Source of the DNA: Acidimicrobiia bacterium
GTDB taxonomy: Bacteria; Actinomycetota; Acidimicrobiia; Spongiisociales; Spongiisociaceae
Direction: 5' to 3'
DNA: 64,000 bases
NCBI GenBank assembly: GCA_041576165.1
Contig: JBFGLM010000022.1
Coordinates: 14,528-78,527, forward strand
In this document: positions 29,405-37,959 of the stretch, one piece after another
How the letters are laid out: every line of letters begins with the position of its first letter
Position numbering within the stretch: position 1 is the first letter of the stretch
Notes under the pieces: model-generated
What the model was told of the DNA's origin: nothing
What the model saw: the letters and a program-made list of their open reading frames with translations, nothing else
Databases searched by the model: none
Made by a program: the position numbers and the translations under genes

Positions 29405-29812
29405 ATGACCGACCAGCGCAGTGACCTCCCGGCTAGCGAAGCCGAGTGGCGAGAGCGCCTCAATCCTCAGCAATACGACGTCCTCCGTAATTCGGGCACC
29501 GAACGTCCGTTCAGTGGGATCTATTGGGACGAGAAGAGCCCAGGTCTCTACCGCTGTGCCGGCTGCGGGACGCCGCTCTTCCGCTCCGACACCAAGTTCG
29601 AGTCGGGCACCGGGTGGCCGAGCTTCTGGGAGCCGATTGACCCTGACAACGTGATAGAGGAGACCGACCACAGTCACGGGATGGTTCGCACCGAGGTGAA
29701 GTGTGCAGTGTGTCAGGGCCACCTGGGCCACGTTTTTCCGGACGGGCCCCAGCCCACGGGCCTTCGCTACTGCATGAATTCAGCCGCGCTCGACCTGCAA
29801 GCCGACGAGTGA
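29405..29812 (+). CDS. msrB: Peptide-methionine (R)-S-oxide reductase
   Basis: [40 protein letters not shown]. Confidence 0.97.
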   Translation: MTDQRSDLPASEAEWRERLNPQQYDVLRNSGTERPFSGIYWDEKSPGLYRCAGCGTPLFRSDTKFESGTGWPSFWEPIDPDNVIEETDHSHGMVRTEVKCAVCQGHLGHVFPDGPQPTGLRYCMNSAALDLQADE

Positions 29813-29862
29813 CGTGCCCGGGCCCGGCGACATGCTGGGTGCCCGGCGAGCATGGATAGAGC

Positions 29863-29936
29863 GAGAAACGACCGGCTCCGTCCGACTCCATTCCCATGAC
29901 TCCGCAAAGTCATATTGGACGGCTCGGTCGTTTCTC
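29863..29936 (-). ncRNA. Candidate rod-shaped small RNA or structured element
   Basis: 12-bp perfect outer stem GAGAAACGACCG/CGGTCGTTTCTC with inner stems CCGTCC/GGACGG and ATGACT/AGTCAT. TACTCT -10 hexamer lies 6 nt upstream on the minus strand. Confidence 0.45.
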
Positions 29937-30007
29937 AGTGAGAGAGTACCCGATCGGGTGCAGCAACTACGCGAAACAGCGGCGCCCGTCATCACGACCT
30001 GTCGGCG

Positions 30008-30247
30008 TCAGCTCGATATGGCTGCCGCCACCTCCTCGGGTGTGGGGTTGACCAGCGCAAGATCACCAACCATCACCGTGGGAACGGTCTCGTTGCCGAA
30101 GGCCACCGAACGCACAAAGGCCGCGGCAGCGGCGTCATCCCAGATGTTTCGTTCCTCGTACTCGATTCCCATGCGGTCAAGCGAGCGGGTCAGCGACCCA
30201 CAGAAGGGACAGCCCGGCCGCCAGTACACGGTCACATTGGCCGACAT
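30008..30247 (-). CDS. Mycoredoxin/glutaredoxin-like protein
   Basis: VYWRPGCPFC, GNETVPTV, NP. AAGGAG SD. Confidence 0.9.
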   Translation of the reverse strand: MSANVTVYWRPGCPFCGSLTRSLDRMGIEYEERNIWDDAAAAAFVRSVAFGNETVPTVMVGDLALVNPTPEEVAAAISS

Positions 30248-30335
30248 CAATTCACTCCTTGGCAGCCGCCGTCGCCCGCTGAACACCACAACCCGCCCGG
30301 GCGCAGCATTATTCAGCCAACGGTAGGGTTCCGCC

Positions 30336-31205
30336 ATGCGCTACCTCACAGCACAGGATGTGCGCGCCTCCCTGCCTATGCCAACTGCGATTGCGGCGAT
30401 GCGAGATGCGTTCAGCGACGACGTCGAGTTCCCGCCGCGGGCGCTGCTGGGCCGATCGCTGTTCATGCCGGGACGGGTGGGCTCCGTCTCAGGCATCAAG
30501 GTCGTGTCGACTGTGCCCGGCCAGCCGGTTGGAACAGTGATCATATTCGACTCCGAGGGCAAACCACTCGGCATGGTCGATGGCCCCACCCTCACAGCCG
30601 TCCGGACAGGAGCTGGAGCAGGCCTGGCCACCGATCTCCTGGCGCCCCTGGAAGCGTCGACCATGGCAATGCTCGGCGCGGGCGCCATGGCGTACGACCA
30701 GGTCGAGGCGGTGCGAGCGGTCCGACAGGTGAGCGACATTCGCGTCTGGAGCCGCACGCCCGAGCGGGCAGAGGCGTTGGCCGGACGAATCCAAGGAGCG
30801 CAGCCCGTCGAGGACGTTGCTGAGGCCGTCACGGACGCGAGCATCATCAGTACGGCCACACCCTCCCGCAGCCCCCTGTTCGATCCGGCCGACGTTGCGA
30901 AGGATGTTCATATCAACGCAGTGGGAGCATTCACACCCGAGATGGTCGAGATCCCGGCGGCCGTCGTCCGTCGGTGTTTCCGGGTGGTGGACGATGTCTC
31001 TGCCGCCGCAGAGGAGGCAGGTGATCTGATTCAGGCTGGAGTCCAGCCGGACGCCACGATGGCCGACCTGCTGGCCGGCCGCGTGAATGCACCGGCCGGA
31101 CCGACCCTGTTCAAGTCGGTCGGGGTAGCGTCCCAGGACGTAGCGGCCGGGCTGGCTGCGCTGCAGTCGGCTGGGGCCCGGGGGCTCGGTACGCTCGTGG
31201 AGTGA
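30336..31205 (+). CDS. Ornithine cyclodeaminase/mu-crystallin family protein
   Basis: LTAVRTGA, GAGAMA, HINAVGA, FKSVGVASQD. Confidence 0.9.
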   Translation: MRYLTAQDVRASLPMPTAIAAMRDAFSDDVEFPPRALLGRSLFMPGRVGSVSGIKVVSTVPGQPVGTVIIFDSEGKPLGMVDGPTLTAVRTGAGAGLATDLLAPLEASTMAMLGAGAMAYDQVEAVRAVRQVSDIRVWSRTPERAEALAGRIQGAQPVEDVAEAVTDASIISTATPSRSPLFDPADVAKDVHINAVGAFTPEMVEIPAAVVRRCFRVVDDVSAAAEEAGDLIQAGVQPDATMADLLAGRVNAPAGPTLFKSVGVASQDVAAGLAALQSAGARGLGTLVE

Positions 31206-31211
31206 TCAGTC

Positions 31212-32471
31212 TCACCGGCCCTCGCGGACCGAGACGAGCAACCCGGAGACGATGATCACCTGCGCCACGAGCGCGGTACAACCGGCAAGCACCAACCCGA
31301 ACGAGGTGGGAATCCTGAACAGCACGGGCACGATCGCTCCCGCCACCCAGGCCAGCTGGAACAAAGTCTCAGATCTCGTGAAAGCTGCTCCCCGCTGGGA
31401 AGGAGCAAGACTCTGTTGCAGCAGACCGTCATAGCCGAACTTGGCAGTTCCCCAGGCCAGCCCGGCCGAACCGGCCAGCACGGCAGCTGCCACCACCCCG
31501 AAGATCTGAGCCGTGATGAATGCGGCCGCAGCCTCCACCGCGAGGGCGGCAACGACCATCGGCTCCTCGGCGAGTTTGCGCTCGAGTAGCGGCGACACCG
31601 AGGAGGCGACCGCAAAGCCCAGCCCGGCTGCACCCAGCAACGCGCCAAAGCCCAGAATTCCCTGATCCGCGTCACGGAGCGCAAAGGCCATCAGCAAGAG
31701 CAGGTAGCCGTTCAGCAGGCGAACAACCGCGGTGGCTATACGCGAGAAACGCAGCGCCCGAGGGCCCGGTGCTGCCCGGCTTCTCCGCCATTCGACTGTC
31801 TCCTGGGCCGGCAACGCGGCTTCAAAGTCGATCCGGAGTGCATTGGCCCAGATCGCGGATGCAACGAAGAACGCGGCGGCGATTGCGAGTGTCACGGGCA
31901 AACCGACCCACCGGTTCGCGCCCAGACCGATCGGTGCTACGAGAGCGCCGGCAATGATGCCGATTCTGGCCAGGCGAGCGTTGGCGGCGACGAGCGCCAC
32001 CGGCTGGGGCAGCGACATGGGAAGCAGCGCGCTACGGCTGATTCCGTAGATCCGGGACAGAGCCAAGAGGGCGAAGGCGAGAACGAATAGTGCCAGGCCG
32101 GTATTCATCCGCATCATCCCAATGGCGATGGCCGCCCGGAGCAGCGACGCGCCCGCCAGCCCGGCGCGATAGGAACCCGGGAAATGGTTGAACACCGAGC
32201 TGAGCACGGGCGCCACAACGGCAAATGGCGCGACGGTGATCAGAAGGTATGCGATCACGTTCCCGCGTGCCGCCGTCGACGGGACCGAGAAGAAGAGCGT
32301 ATCGGCCAGCGCCAGCGCGATCAGCGTGTCGCCCGCGACGTTGGCCGAATACGACAGCGCCAAGCGTCGGAACGCCCAGCCGTGCAACGAGAAGGCAGCC
32401 TCGATCCGCTCATACGCGCGCCGCGAGGCTCTTCGGGCGAAGCCGTGATTCGATGCAGCGTGGTCGCTCAT
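31212..32471 (-). CDS. MFS transporter
   Basis: About 12 hydrophobic segments; LADTLFFS, RSETLFQLAWVAG. Confidence 0.85.
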   Translation of the reverse strand: MSDHAASNHGFARRASRRAYERIEAAFSLHGWAFRRLALSYSANVAGDTLIALALADTLFFSVPSTAARGNVIAYLLITVAPFAVVAPVLSSVFNHFPGSYRAGLAGASLLRAAIAIGMMRMNTGLALFVLAFALLALSRIYGISRSALLPMSLPQPVALVAANARLARIGIIAGALVAPIGLGANRWVGLPVTLAIAAAFFVASAIWANALRIDFEAALPAQETVEWRRSRAAPGPRALRFSRIATAVVRLLNGYLLLLMAFALRDADQGILGFGALLGAAGLGFAVASSVSPLLERKLAEEPMVVAALAVEAAAAFITAQIFGVVAAAVLAGSAGLAWGTAKFGYDGLLQQSLAPSQRGAAFTRSETLFQLAWVAGAIVPVLFRIPTSFGLVLAGCTALVAQVIIVSGLLVSVREGR

Positions 32472-32576
32472 CCGGTCCGATCGCGATGTTCGGCGCGAAC
32501 GTACCTCATCCGGTGTGGCAGAGTCGGGAATGTTTGGGGGGAAAAGCCTGGTGTGTGACCGCGAGCAGGGTTCTTG

Positions 32577-32966
32577 TCAACCTTGGTCGTCGGCCGCAGC
32601 ATGTTCGGCTTCGTGTTCGGCGATCTTGCGCCGCACGTCGTCCATATCGAGTGCCTTGACCTGGGAGATCAGGTCCTCCAACGCGGCCTGAGGCAGCGCA
32701 CCCGGTTGGGCGAAGATGAGGATTTGATCGCGGAACACCATCAGCGTGGGAATCGAGCGTATCCCAAATGCTTGCGCCAACTCCTGCTCAGCCTCGGTGT
32801 CGACCTTGCCGAAGGTCACATCTTCGTGCTCCTCCGATGCGGCCTCGAACGTCGGAGCGAAGGTGCGACACGGCCCGCACCACTCTGCCCAAAAATCGAC
32901 GAACACCGTCTCGTTGTCGGCGATGGCGGCTTCGAACGAATCCTTGGTGAGTGCAATGGTGGCCAT
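32577..32966 (-). CDS. trxA: Thioredoxin
   Basis: DFWAEWCGPC, SIPTL. Confidence 0.93.
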   Translation of the reverse strand: MATIALTKDSFEAAIADNETVFVDFWAEWCGPCRTFAPTFEAASEEHEDVTFGKVDTEAEQELAQAFGIRSIPTLMVFRDQILIFAQPGALPQAALEDLISQVKALDMDDVRRKIAEHEAEHAAADDQG

Positions 32967-32998
32967 GTCGGTCCTCTCGAAGTTCCTGGCGACATTTG

Positions 32999-33026
32999 CA
33001 ACGGTAGCGGCCGGCAGAGTATTCCC
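32999..33026 (-). promoter_or_regulatory. SigH/SigR-type promoter of thioredoxin
   Basis: GGGAAT-N18-GTTG on the minus strand, matching the SigR/SigH consensus. Confidence 0.8.
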
Positions 33027-33060
33027 GGCCGCTGAGCATTACTCCGGCCCGATTCGAGAA

Positions 33061-33146
33061 TGACTAGTCAACCCAAGAATAACTAGTCACCCAAATAACT
33101 AGTCACCCAAATAACTAGTCACTTCGTGTGCGAAAGATCTAGTCAC
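33061..33146. repeat. AT-rich array of five (A/T)CTAGTCA boxes; the three central copies have a 16-bp period (AATAACTAGTCACCCA)
   Basis: ACTAGTCA at 33063, 33082, 33098 and 33114; TCTAGTCAC at 33138. The first box is the perfect palindrome TGACTAGTCA. Confidence 0.92.
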
Positions 33147-33182
33147 TGTGTAGGGTGCCCCCGACCACAACACGGGGGATGC

Positions 33183-34433
33183 ATGATACGGACGGGTCGC
33201 GCGGTCGCGCGCGAGCGAATTACCCGGAGATTCGAGCGCAACGCGCTCGCTGCTGCGGCGGCTGGACTGAGTCGCGTCCGGGTCGAAGACGAGCAACACG
33301 ACGGCGGTCACGTCGTCATCGACGGACGCAAGGTCCTCAACATGGGCTCATGCGCGTATCTGGGGCTCAACGTGGACCAACGCCTCAAGCAGGGGGCGAT
33401 CGAAGCCGTCGAACGATTTGGGCCGGTATTCTCATCGTCCACCGCCTACACCTCGGTACCGCTCTACACCCGCCTCGAGCAACAGCTCGGGGAGATAATG
33501 GGATGCCGGACGCTGGTACCGACGACGACGACGCTGGGCCACTTCGCGTTTCTGCAGGTCGCTCCTGAATCCGGCGACGTGGTCATAGTCGACGCACAGG
33601 CCCATGCATCGCTTCACCTGGCGGCCCATCTACCGCAGGCCCAGGGAATCGAGATCTGGGCAGTCGCACACAACGACCCATCCGAGCTCGAGGAAGCAAT
33701 TCTCCGGGCCGAGGCAGATGGCGCGGGGCGGATCTGGTACGTCGCCGACGGTGTCTATTCCATGTATGGCGACACTTTCTTCAGCGGCGAACTGCTGTCA
33801 TTGCTCGACGCGCACCCCTCACTGCACGCGTACATCGACGATGCGCACGGGTTCAGCTGGTTTGGCTACCACGGCTGCGGCTTGGTGCGGGACGGCGTTG
33901 GCTTGCACCCACGGGTGATCATTGCCGCGTCGCTTTCGAAGTCGTTCGGGTCCGGCGGTGCGGCTCTCGCCATCCCGGACGAGGACCTCGCGGACCGGAT
34001 CCAGGTTGCCAGCGGCACTATGACCTTCTCGGGACCGCTGCACCCGGCTGAGCTAGGCGCAGCAACGGTCTCCGCTGAAATCCATCTCTCCGATGAAGGT
34101 GCCGACCGCCAGGCCGAGCTCATGCGCCAGATCCGCCTGATGCGCCAGCTCCTGGCCGGCGCCCGGGTGCCGGTGGCCGATGCTTCGCTCACCCCGATCT
34201 GGTACCTGCCGGTCGGGCCGGCTCAGGCCGCCATTGATCTGGGCCGAAAACTGCTCGACGCCGAGATCTACACCAATGTTGCATTGTTTCCCGCTGTGCC
34301 CCATGGAATGGCGGGTCTACGGTTCACTCAGACGCTGTACCACTCGGATGCCGACCTGATGCGCGTTGCAGATACGCTGGGCGAGCTGCTCCCCGAGGTG
34401 CTGTCGGACCGCAACGTGGTGGACCTCCGCTGA
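33183..34433 (+). CDS. Alpha-oxoamine synthase family PLP enzyme (BioF/KBL/SPT/CqsA fold)
   Basis: NMGSCAYLGL, DAQAHAS, DGVYSMYGD, DDAHG, SLSKSFG, FSGPL, PAVP..LRF. Confidence 0.88.
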   Translation: MIRTGRAVARERITRRFERNALAAAAAGLSRVRVEDEQHDGGHVVIDGRKVLNMGSCAYLGLNVDQRLKQGAIEAVERFGPVFSSSTAYTSVPLYTRLEQQLGEIMGCRTLVPTTTTLGHFAFLQVAPESGDVVIVDAQAHASLHLAAHLPQAQGIEIWAVAHNDPSELEEAILRAEADGAGRIWYVADGVYSMYGDTFFSGELLSLLDAHPSLHAYIDDAHGFSWFGYHGCGLVRDGVGLHPRVIIAASLSKSFGSGGAALAIPDEDLADRIQVASGTMTFSGPLHPAELGAATVSAEIHLSDEGADRQAELMRQIRLMRQLLAGARVPVADASLTPIWYLPVGPAQAAIDLGRKLLDAEIYTNVALFPAVPHGMAGLRFTQTLYHSDADLMRVADTLGELLPEVLSDRNVVDLR

Positions 34434-34476
34434 AACAAGCGCCCGATCGGAGGCTCGAGACTGGGCGAGAATCCGT

Positions 34477-34504
34477 TCAACAGCGGCATCAGCTCTGCCG
34501 ATGA
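34477..34504 (+). promoter_or_regulatory. Possible sigma-28/WhiG-type promoter of the sensor kinase
   Basis: TCAA-N16-GCCGATGA, ending 12 nt before the ATG. Confidence 0.5.
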
Positions 34505-34516
34505 GTATGTGTGGGG

Positions 34517-36310
34517 ATGCAGCCGCCAGAAGCCGCGTCACAGTTTCGCGCTGCGTACAGACGCCATCCTTTCGCGAGCGGGCTCGCGCTCCTACTCGCG
34601 GTCGCCGCTGCCGCAGCCACCGCAGCACCCGAACTAGCCCCGGTCCTGGCGCAACCACTCGTCCCGCTAGCGAGCGTGGTTGCCGGACTCACCGGCCTGC
34701 GGGACGTACAGCGGGTCCGCGAGCGCCGCCAGCGGCTGCCCTGGATTCTGATTTCGATCGGCTATCTGGCGGCATCAGTGGGTGTCGCGGCTTTTGTCGT
34801 GGCGTCGGCGTTCTCCGAAGTCGGGGCCTTCGGCATGATGGACCTGCCCATCATCGCGGGATACGGTCTTCTGATGGCTGGGCTGCTCAGCCAACCCCAG
34901 CTGAAGGAATCCCGGTCGCACCAGGTGCGGGTCTTGATCGACGGCGCGATCGGAGCTGTCTCAGTCGCAACCGTCTTGTGGATCTGGTTCATCGGCGATC
35001 TATTGGCGACGCTGGCAACTGCTCCAACGTGGCATCGTATCGTAGGAGCGGCATACCCGACTCTCGACGTCCTCGGCATCGTCGTTGTCATGATCATCTT
35101 CCTCCGGCGGAGCCCGCAGCGCTTCGATGTACGTTTGCTTCTGGTCGCAATGGGCTTCATGTGCCAGGTCGCCGCTGACCTAACGTTCCTGCTCAGCGGC
35201 GCCGGGAAATCTTTCGATGAAGCGATGCCCAATTACGCACTCTTCTTGCTGGCGTTCGTGTTCTTCCTCGGTGCAGCCGTCATCGCCGGCGACGTGCCGC
35301 CGCCCCGTGAATACGCAGAGCGTGTTCGCACTCCATGGTGGCCAATGATCGTTCCGTATGGCTGGTCGGCGGTCATGGTCGCCGTCCTGGCGCTTCAGGT
35401 ACGAGCCGGCGCGCTGAGCACCGATTTGGAGCTTTTGCTGATCGCAACCTTGTTTGTCGGCGGGCTGGTGGTGATGCGGCAGTTCGTTGCAATCCACGAA
35501 AACCGCCAGATCGTCGAACGGGAGCGTCGGGCGCTCATCTCGACGATTTCGCACGAGCTGCGGACGCCCCTGACCGCCATGGTGGGCTTCCTAGATCTGA
35601 TTTGCCGTGGTGACGAGATTGAACTGCCGGCCGAGGAACAGGAGGATTTGATCCAAGTGGTCGATCAACAGGCGCGCTACCTGTCGCGGATAGTGTCCGA
35701 CCTGGTGCTGCTCGCCCGCGGGACCTCGGACTCAATGGAGCTGGAGCGGAGCGACGTTCGCATTGACCAAGTCGTGCAGCAGGCCGTGACGGCCATGGAC
35801 ACGGGCCTCAACGACGTTCAGGTGTTGGTGCCGACGGGGCTCACCGCCAATCTCGACGGAGACCGGCTCCAGCAGGCGTTGGTCAACTTGCTGTCCAACG
35901 CGATCCGCTACGGCGGTGACGAGCGGCTGATCGAGGCACGGGTGGATGGCGCGGATTTGACCATCGCAGTCCACGACAACGGCCCGGGCGTACCGAAACG
36001 CTACGAGCTCTCGATCTGGGAACGATTTGAGCGCGGTGCCAACCGTCTCAACAGCTCGGTCCCCGGCTCGGGTATCGGCCTGGCAATCGTGACTGCAATC
36101 GCCAGCGCGCACGGCGGATCGACGCAGTATCGGCGGTCCGAGATCCTGGAAGGCGCATGCTTCAGCGTGCACTTCCCCAATGTCGTGCGGGCTCAGCAAA
36201 CAGGCCACTCCGAGAATCCGAAGCCCCAAGCGCCGCCGGCGCCAGCCCGGGCGGGGTCAGGATTCGAACAGGTCGGAGAGCCGTCCGAGGACCCCACCCT
36301 CATCCGTTGA
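34517..36310 (+). CDS. Multi-TM sensor histidine kinase with no adjacent response regulator
   Basis: About 10 hydrophobic segments; ISHELRTPLT H-box, NLLSNAIRY, DNGPG, GSGIGL. Confidence 0.93.
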   Translation: MQPPEAASQFRAAYRRHPFASGLALLLAVAAAAATAAPELAPVLAQPLVPLASVVAGLTGLRDVQRVRERRQRLPWILISIGYLAASVGVAAFVVASAFSEVGAFGMMDLPIIAGYGLLMAGLLSQPQLKESRSHQVRVLIDGAIGAVSVATVLWIWFIGDLLATLATAPTWHRIVGAAYPTLDVLGIVVVMIIFLRRSPQRFDVRLLLVAMGFMCQVAADLTFLLSGAGKSFDEAMPNYALFLLAFVFFLGAAVIAGDVPPPREYAERVRTPWWPMIVPYGWSAVMVAVLALQVRAGALSTDLELLLIATLFVGGLVVMRQFVAIHENRQIVERERRALISTISHELRTPLTAMVGFLDLICRGDEIELPAEEQEDLIQVVDQQARYLSRIVSDLVLLARGTSDSMELERSDVRIDQVVQQAVTAMDTGLNDVQVLVPTGLTANLDGDRLQQALVNLLSNAIRYGGDERLIEARVDGADLTIAVHDNGPGVPKRYELSIWERFERGANRLNSSVPGSGIGLAIVTAIASAHGGSTQYRRSEILEGACFSVHFPNVVRAQQTGHSENPKPQAPPAPARAGSGFEQVGEPSEDPTLIR

Positions 36311-36600
36311 CCCTGCCGGGCGAAGGTCCGATGCAATTCGGTCAGCCATTCGGTTGAAGGCAAATGACTGGAGCTACATACGGCCCGCACCAGCGATCGT
36401 GGCCGGGGAATATGCCTTCGCCGGCGAACATCATCGACTTGAGGTTGCCGACCCGCTGGATGTCGTAGCCGACGGTTGGTTCGAGGGCGACCAGGCAACC
36501 GCCCGCAGCGTTTCGCCGGTGAGTCGCTTCTCGGCAATGGTCGACGACCTGGAGGTCGTCACCGAAGATCTCGTAGTCCACTTCGTGGCTGCGCGCCCCG
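36310..36600 (-). pseudogene. AIM24/TIGR00266 family relic
   Basis: [17 protein letters not shown] joined to [31 protein letters not shown]. Centre deleted, with frameshifts and a stop. Confidence 0.75.
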
Positions 36601-36769
36601 GACTGCTCTCACCGTGACGAACGTGATATCTCGACGGAAGCTAGCGGAGCGACGTCGCGGCGGGCTCGGCGATTCCAGGAAAGGGCTGCCTCCTCAATCC
36701 AGCCACGTGGTCCGGCCACCCACCGGGGGGCTTCACGCCGAGTGCGTCGCAGTCAGGAACCCGGACGGA

Positions 36770-37150
36770 TCAATCTTCGACCGGGGCGATTGCCCAGAGC
36801 ACGTCCTTGATAGAGGCGATGCCGAGCAAGGTGCCTCGCTCCATGATGGGAAGGTGGCGGTAGCCGGTGGCGAGCATCCAGCGTGCCGCGTCCTCACACG
36901 ACAATTCCGGATCAGCCGTATCGGGGTCAGGGGTCATCCAAGCCGTGACGTAGTCTTCGTCAAATGAGGCGCCTCCGGCTACGGCGCGCAACACATCCCG
37001 CTCTGTGAAGATCCCAACAAGCTTGCCTTCACTGATGACGGCTAGCGAACCCATTTCGTTGTTGACCATTTCTTCGGCGGCCGACCGCAAGGTTGTCTCG
37101 GGTCCACATGCCAGCGCGCCACCGCCGACGACCGCACGCACCTGCATCAT
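36770..37150 (-). CDS. CBS domain protein
   Basis: LVGIFTERD, WMTPDP, RHLPI, GIASIKD. Confidence 0.92.
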   Translation of the reverse strand: MMQVRAVVGGGALACGPETTLRSAAEEMVNNEMGSLAVISEGKLVGIFTERDVLRAVAGGASFDEDYVTAWMTPDPDTADPELSCEDAARWMLATGYRHLPIMERGTLLGIASIKDVLWAIAPVED

Positions 37151-37959
37151 TTTGCCCCTTCCTCACCGACGAAGCCGGGCGGCACGACCACCACCGGCGC
37201 CTTTGCGCCGGCAACCACGGACATGGTGACCGAACCCGCCGTGAGGCGACGCAGACCCGTTCGTCCATGACTGCTCAGCACCACCAGGCTATCCGCCCCA
37301 GCGAAGTCGAGTATGCGATCCGCCGGGTCATCTCCGTGCAGCACCTCGAACTCACCGTGATAGGGGTCCGCGATGCGGTGCACGTAACCGCTCTCGATTC
37401 CAACCCCGGCAGCCACTGCCTGACGCTGCTGGGCCCGACTGACGACGCTGACAACCCATAGCGGCACGTCTAGCGCGGTGGCGTACGCGGCGGCCACCGG
37501 CGCAGTCGTTTCTGAGAAACCCGACCCGTCGACCGGGGCCACGACCCGGGTGACATTGGACAGGTCGGGCACGGCCGCGGGGCCGATCATCAACAGAGGG
37601 TACCGGGCGGCGCGCAGTGCATGCTCCGCGTACGATCCCCAGTGGCCGTCGTGTCGCGTCATCTTGGCTGAGGTCGCCATGCAGACCACGCCGCGTCGCC
37701 CGGCCGCTTCGATGACTTTTCCCGGATCCTCAGACGTCACCACCTTGCATCGGGTTGGACGCGGGAATTCCAGCTGGGCCATCAGCCGCTCGAGTTCGGC
37801 TCGGCGGACGACGGCCTTTCGCTCATCGGCGACCACGCTGAGGAGCTCCACATCGGATCCGAACGACTCGGCCAGTTTCGAGGCACACGCAATTGGGCCG
37901 TACGCTTCTGCTCCACCGCGGGTGGGCACAATGATCAGAGGAGGGGATGGAGTGGTCAT
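37147..37959 (-). CDS. Tandem universal stress protein
   Basis: VAPVDGS, SSHGRTGLRRLTAGSV, PVVVV. Confidence 0.88.
   Translation of the reverse strand: MTTPSPPLIIVPTRGGAEAYGPIACASKLAESFGSDVELLSVVADERKAVVRRAELERLMAQLEFPRPTRCKVVTSEDPGKVIEAAGRRGVVCMATSAKMTRHDGHWGSYAEHALRAARYPLLMIGPAAVPDLSNVTRVVAPVDGSGFSETTAPVAAAYATALDVPLWVVSVVSRAQQRQAVAAGVGIESGYVHRIADPYHGEFEVLHGDDPADRILDFAGADSLVVLSSHGRTGLRRLTAGSVTMSVVAGAKAPVVVVPPGFVGEEGAK

Noticed and set aside
33061-33146. CRISPR array or plasmid iteron origin
   Set aside because: Units are contiguous 16-mers with no unique spacers, and there is no cas or rep gene in the window.
33183-34433. Labelling the enzyme bioF or cqsA
   Set aside because: The fold is shared by several enzymes. 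There is no biotin operon context and I cannot establish orthology by eye.
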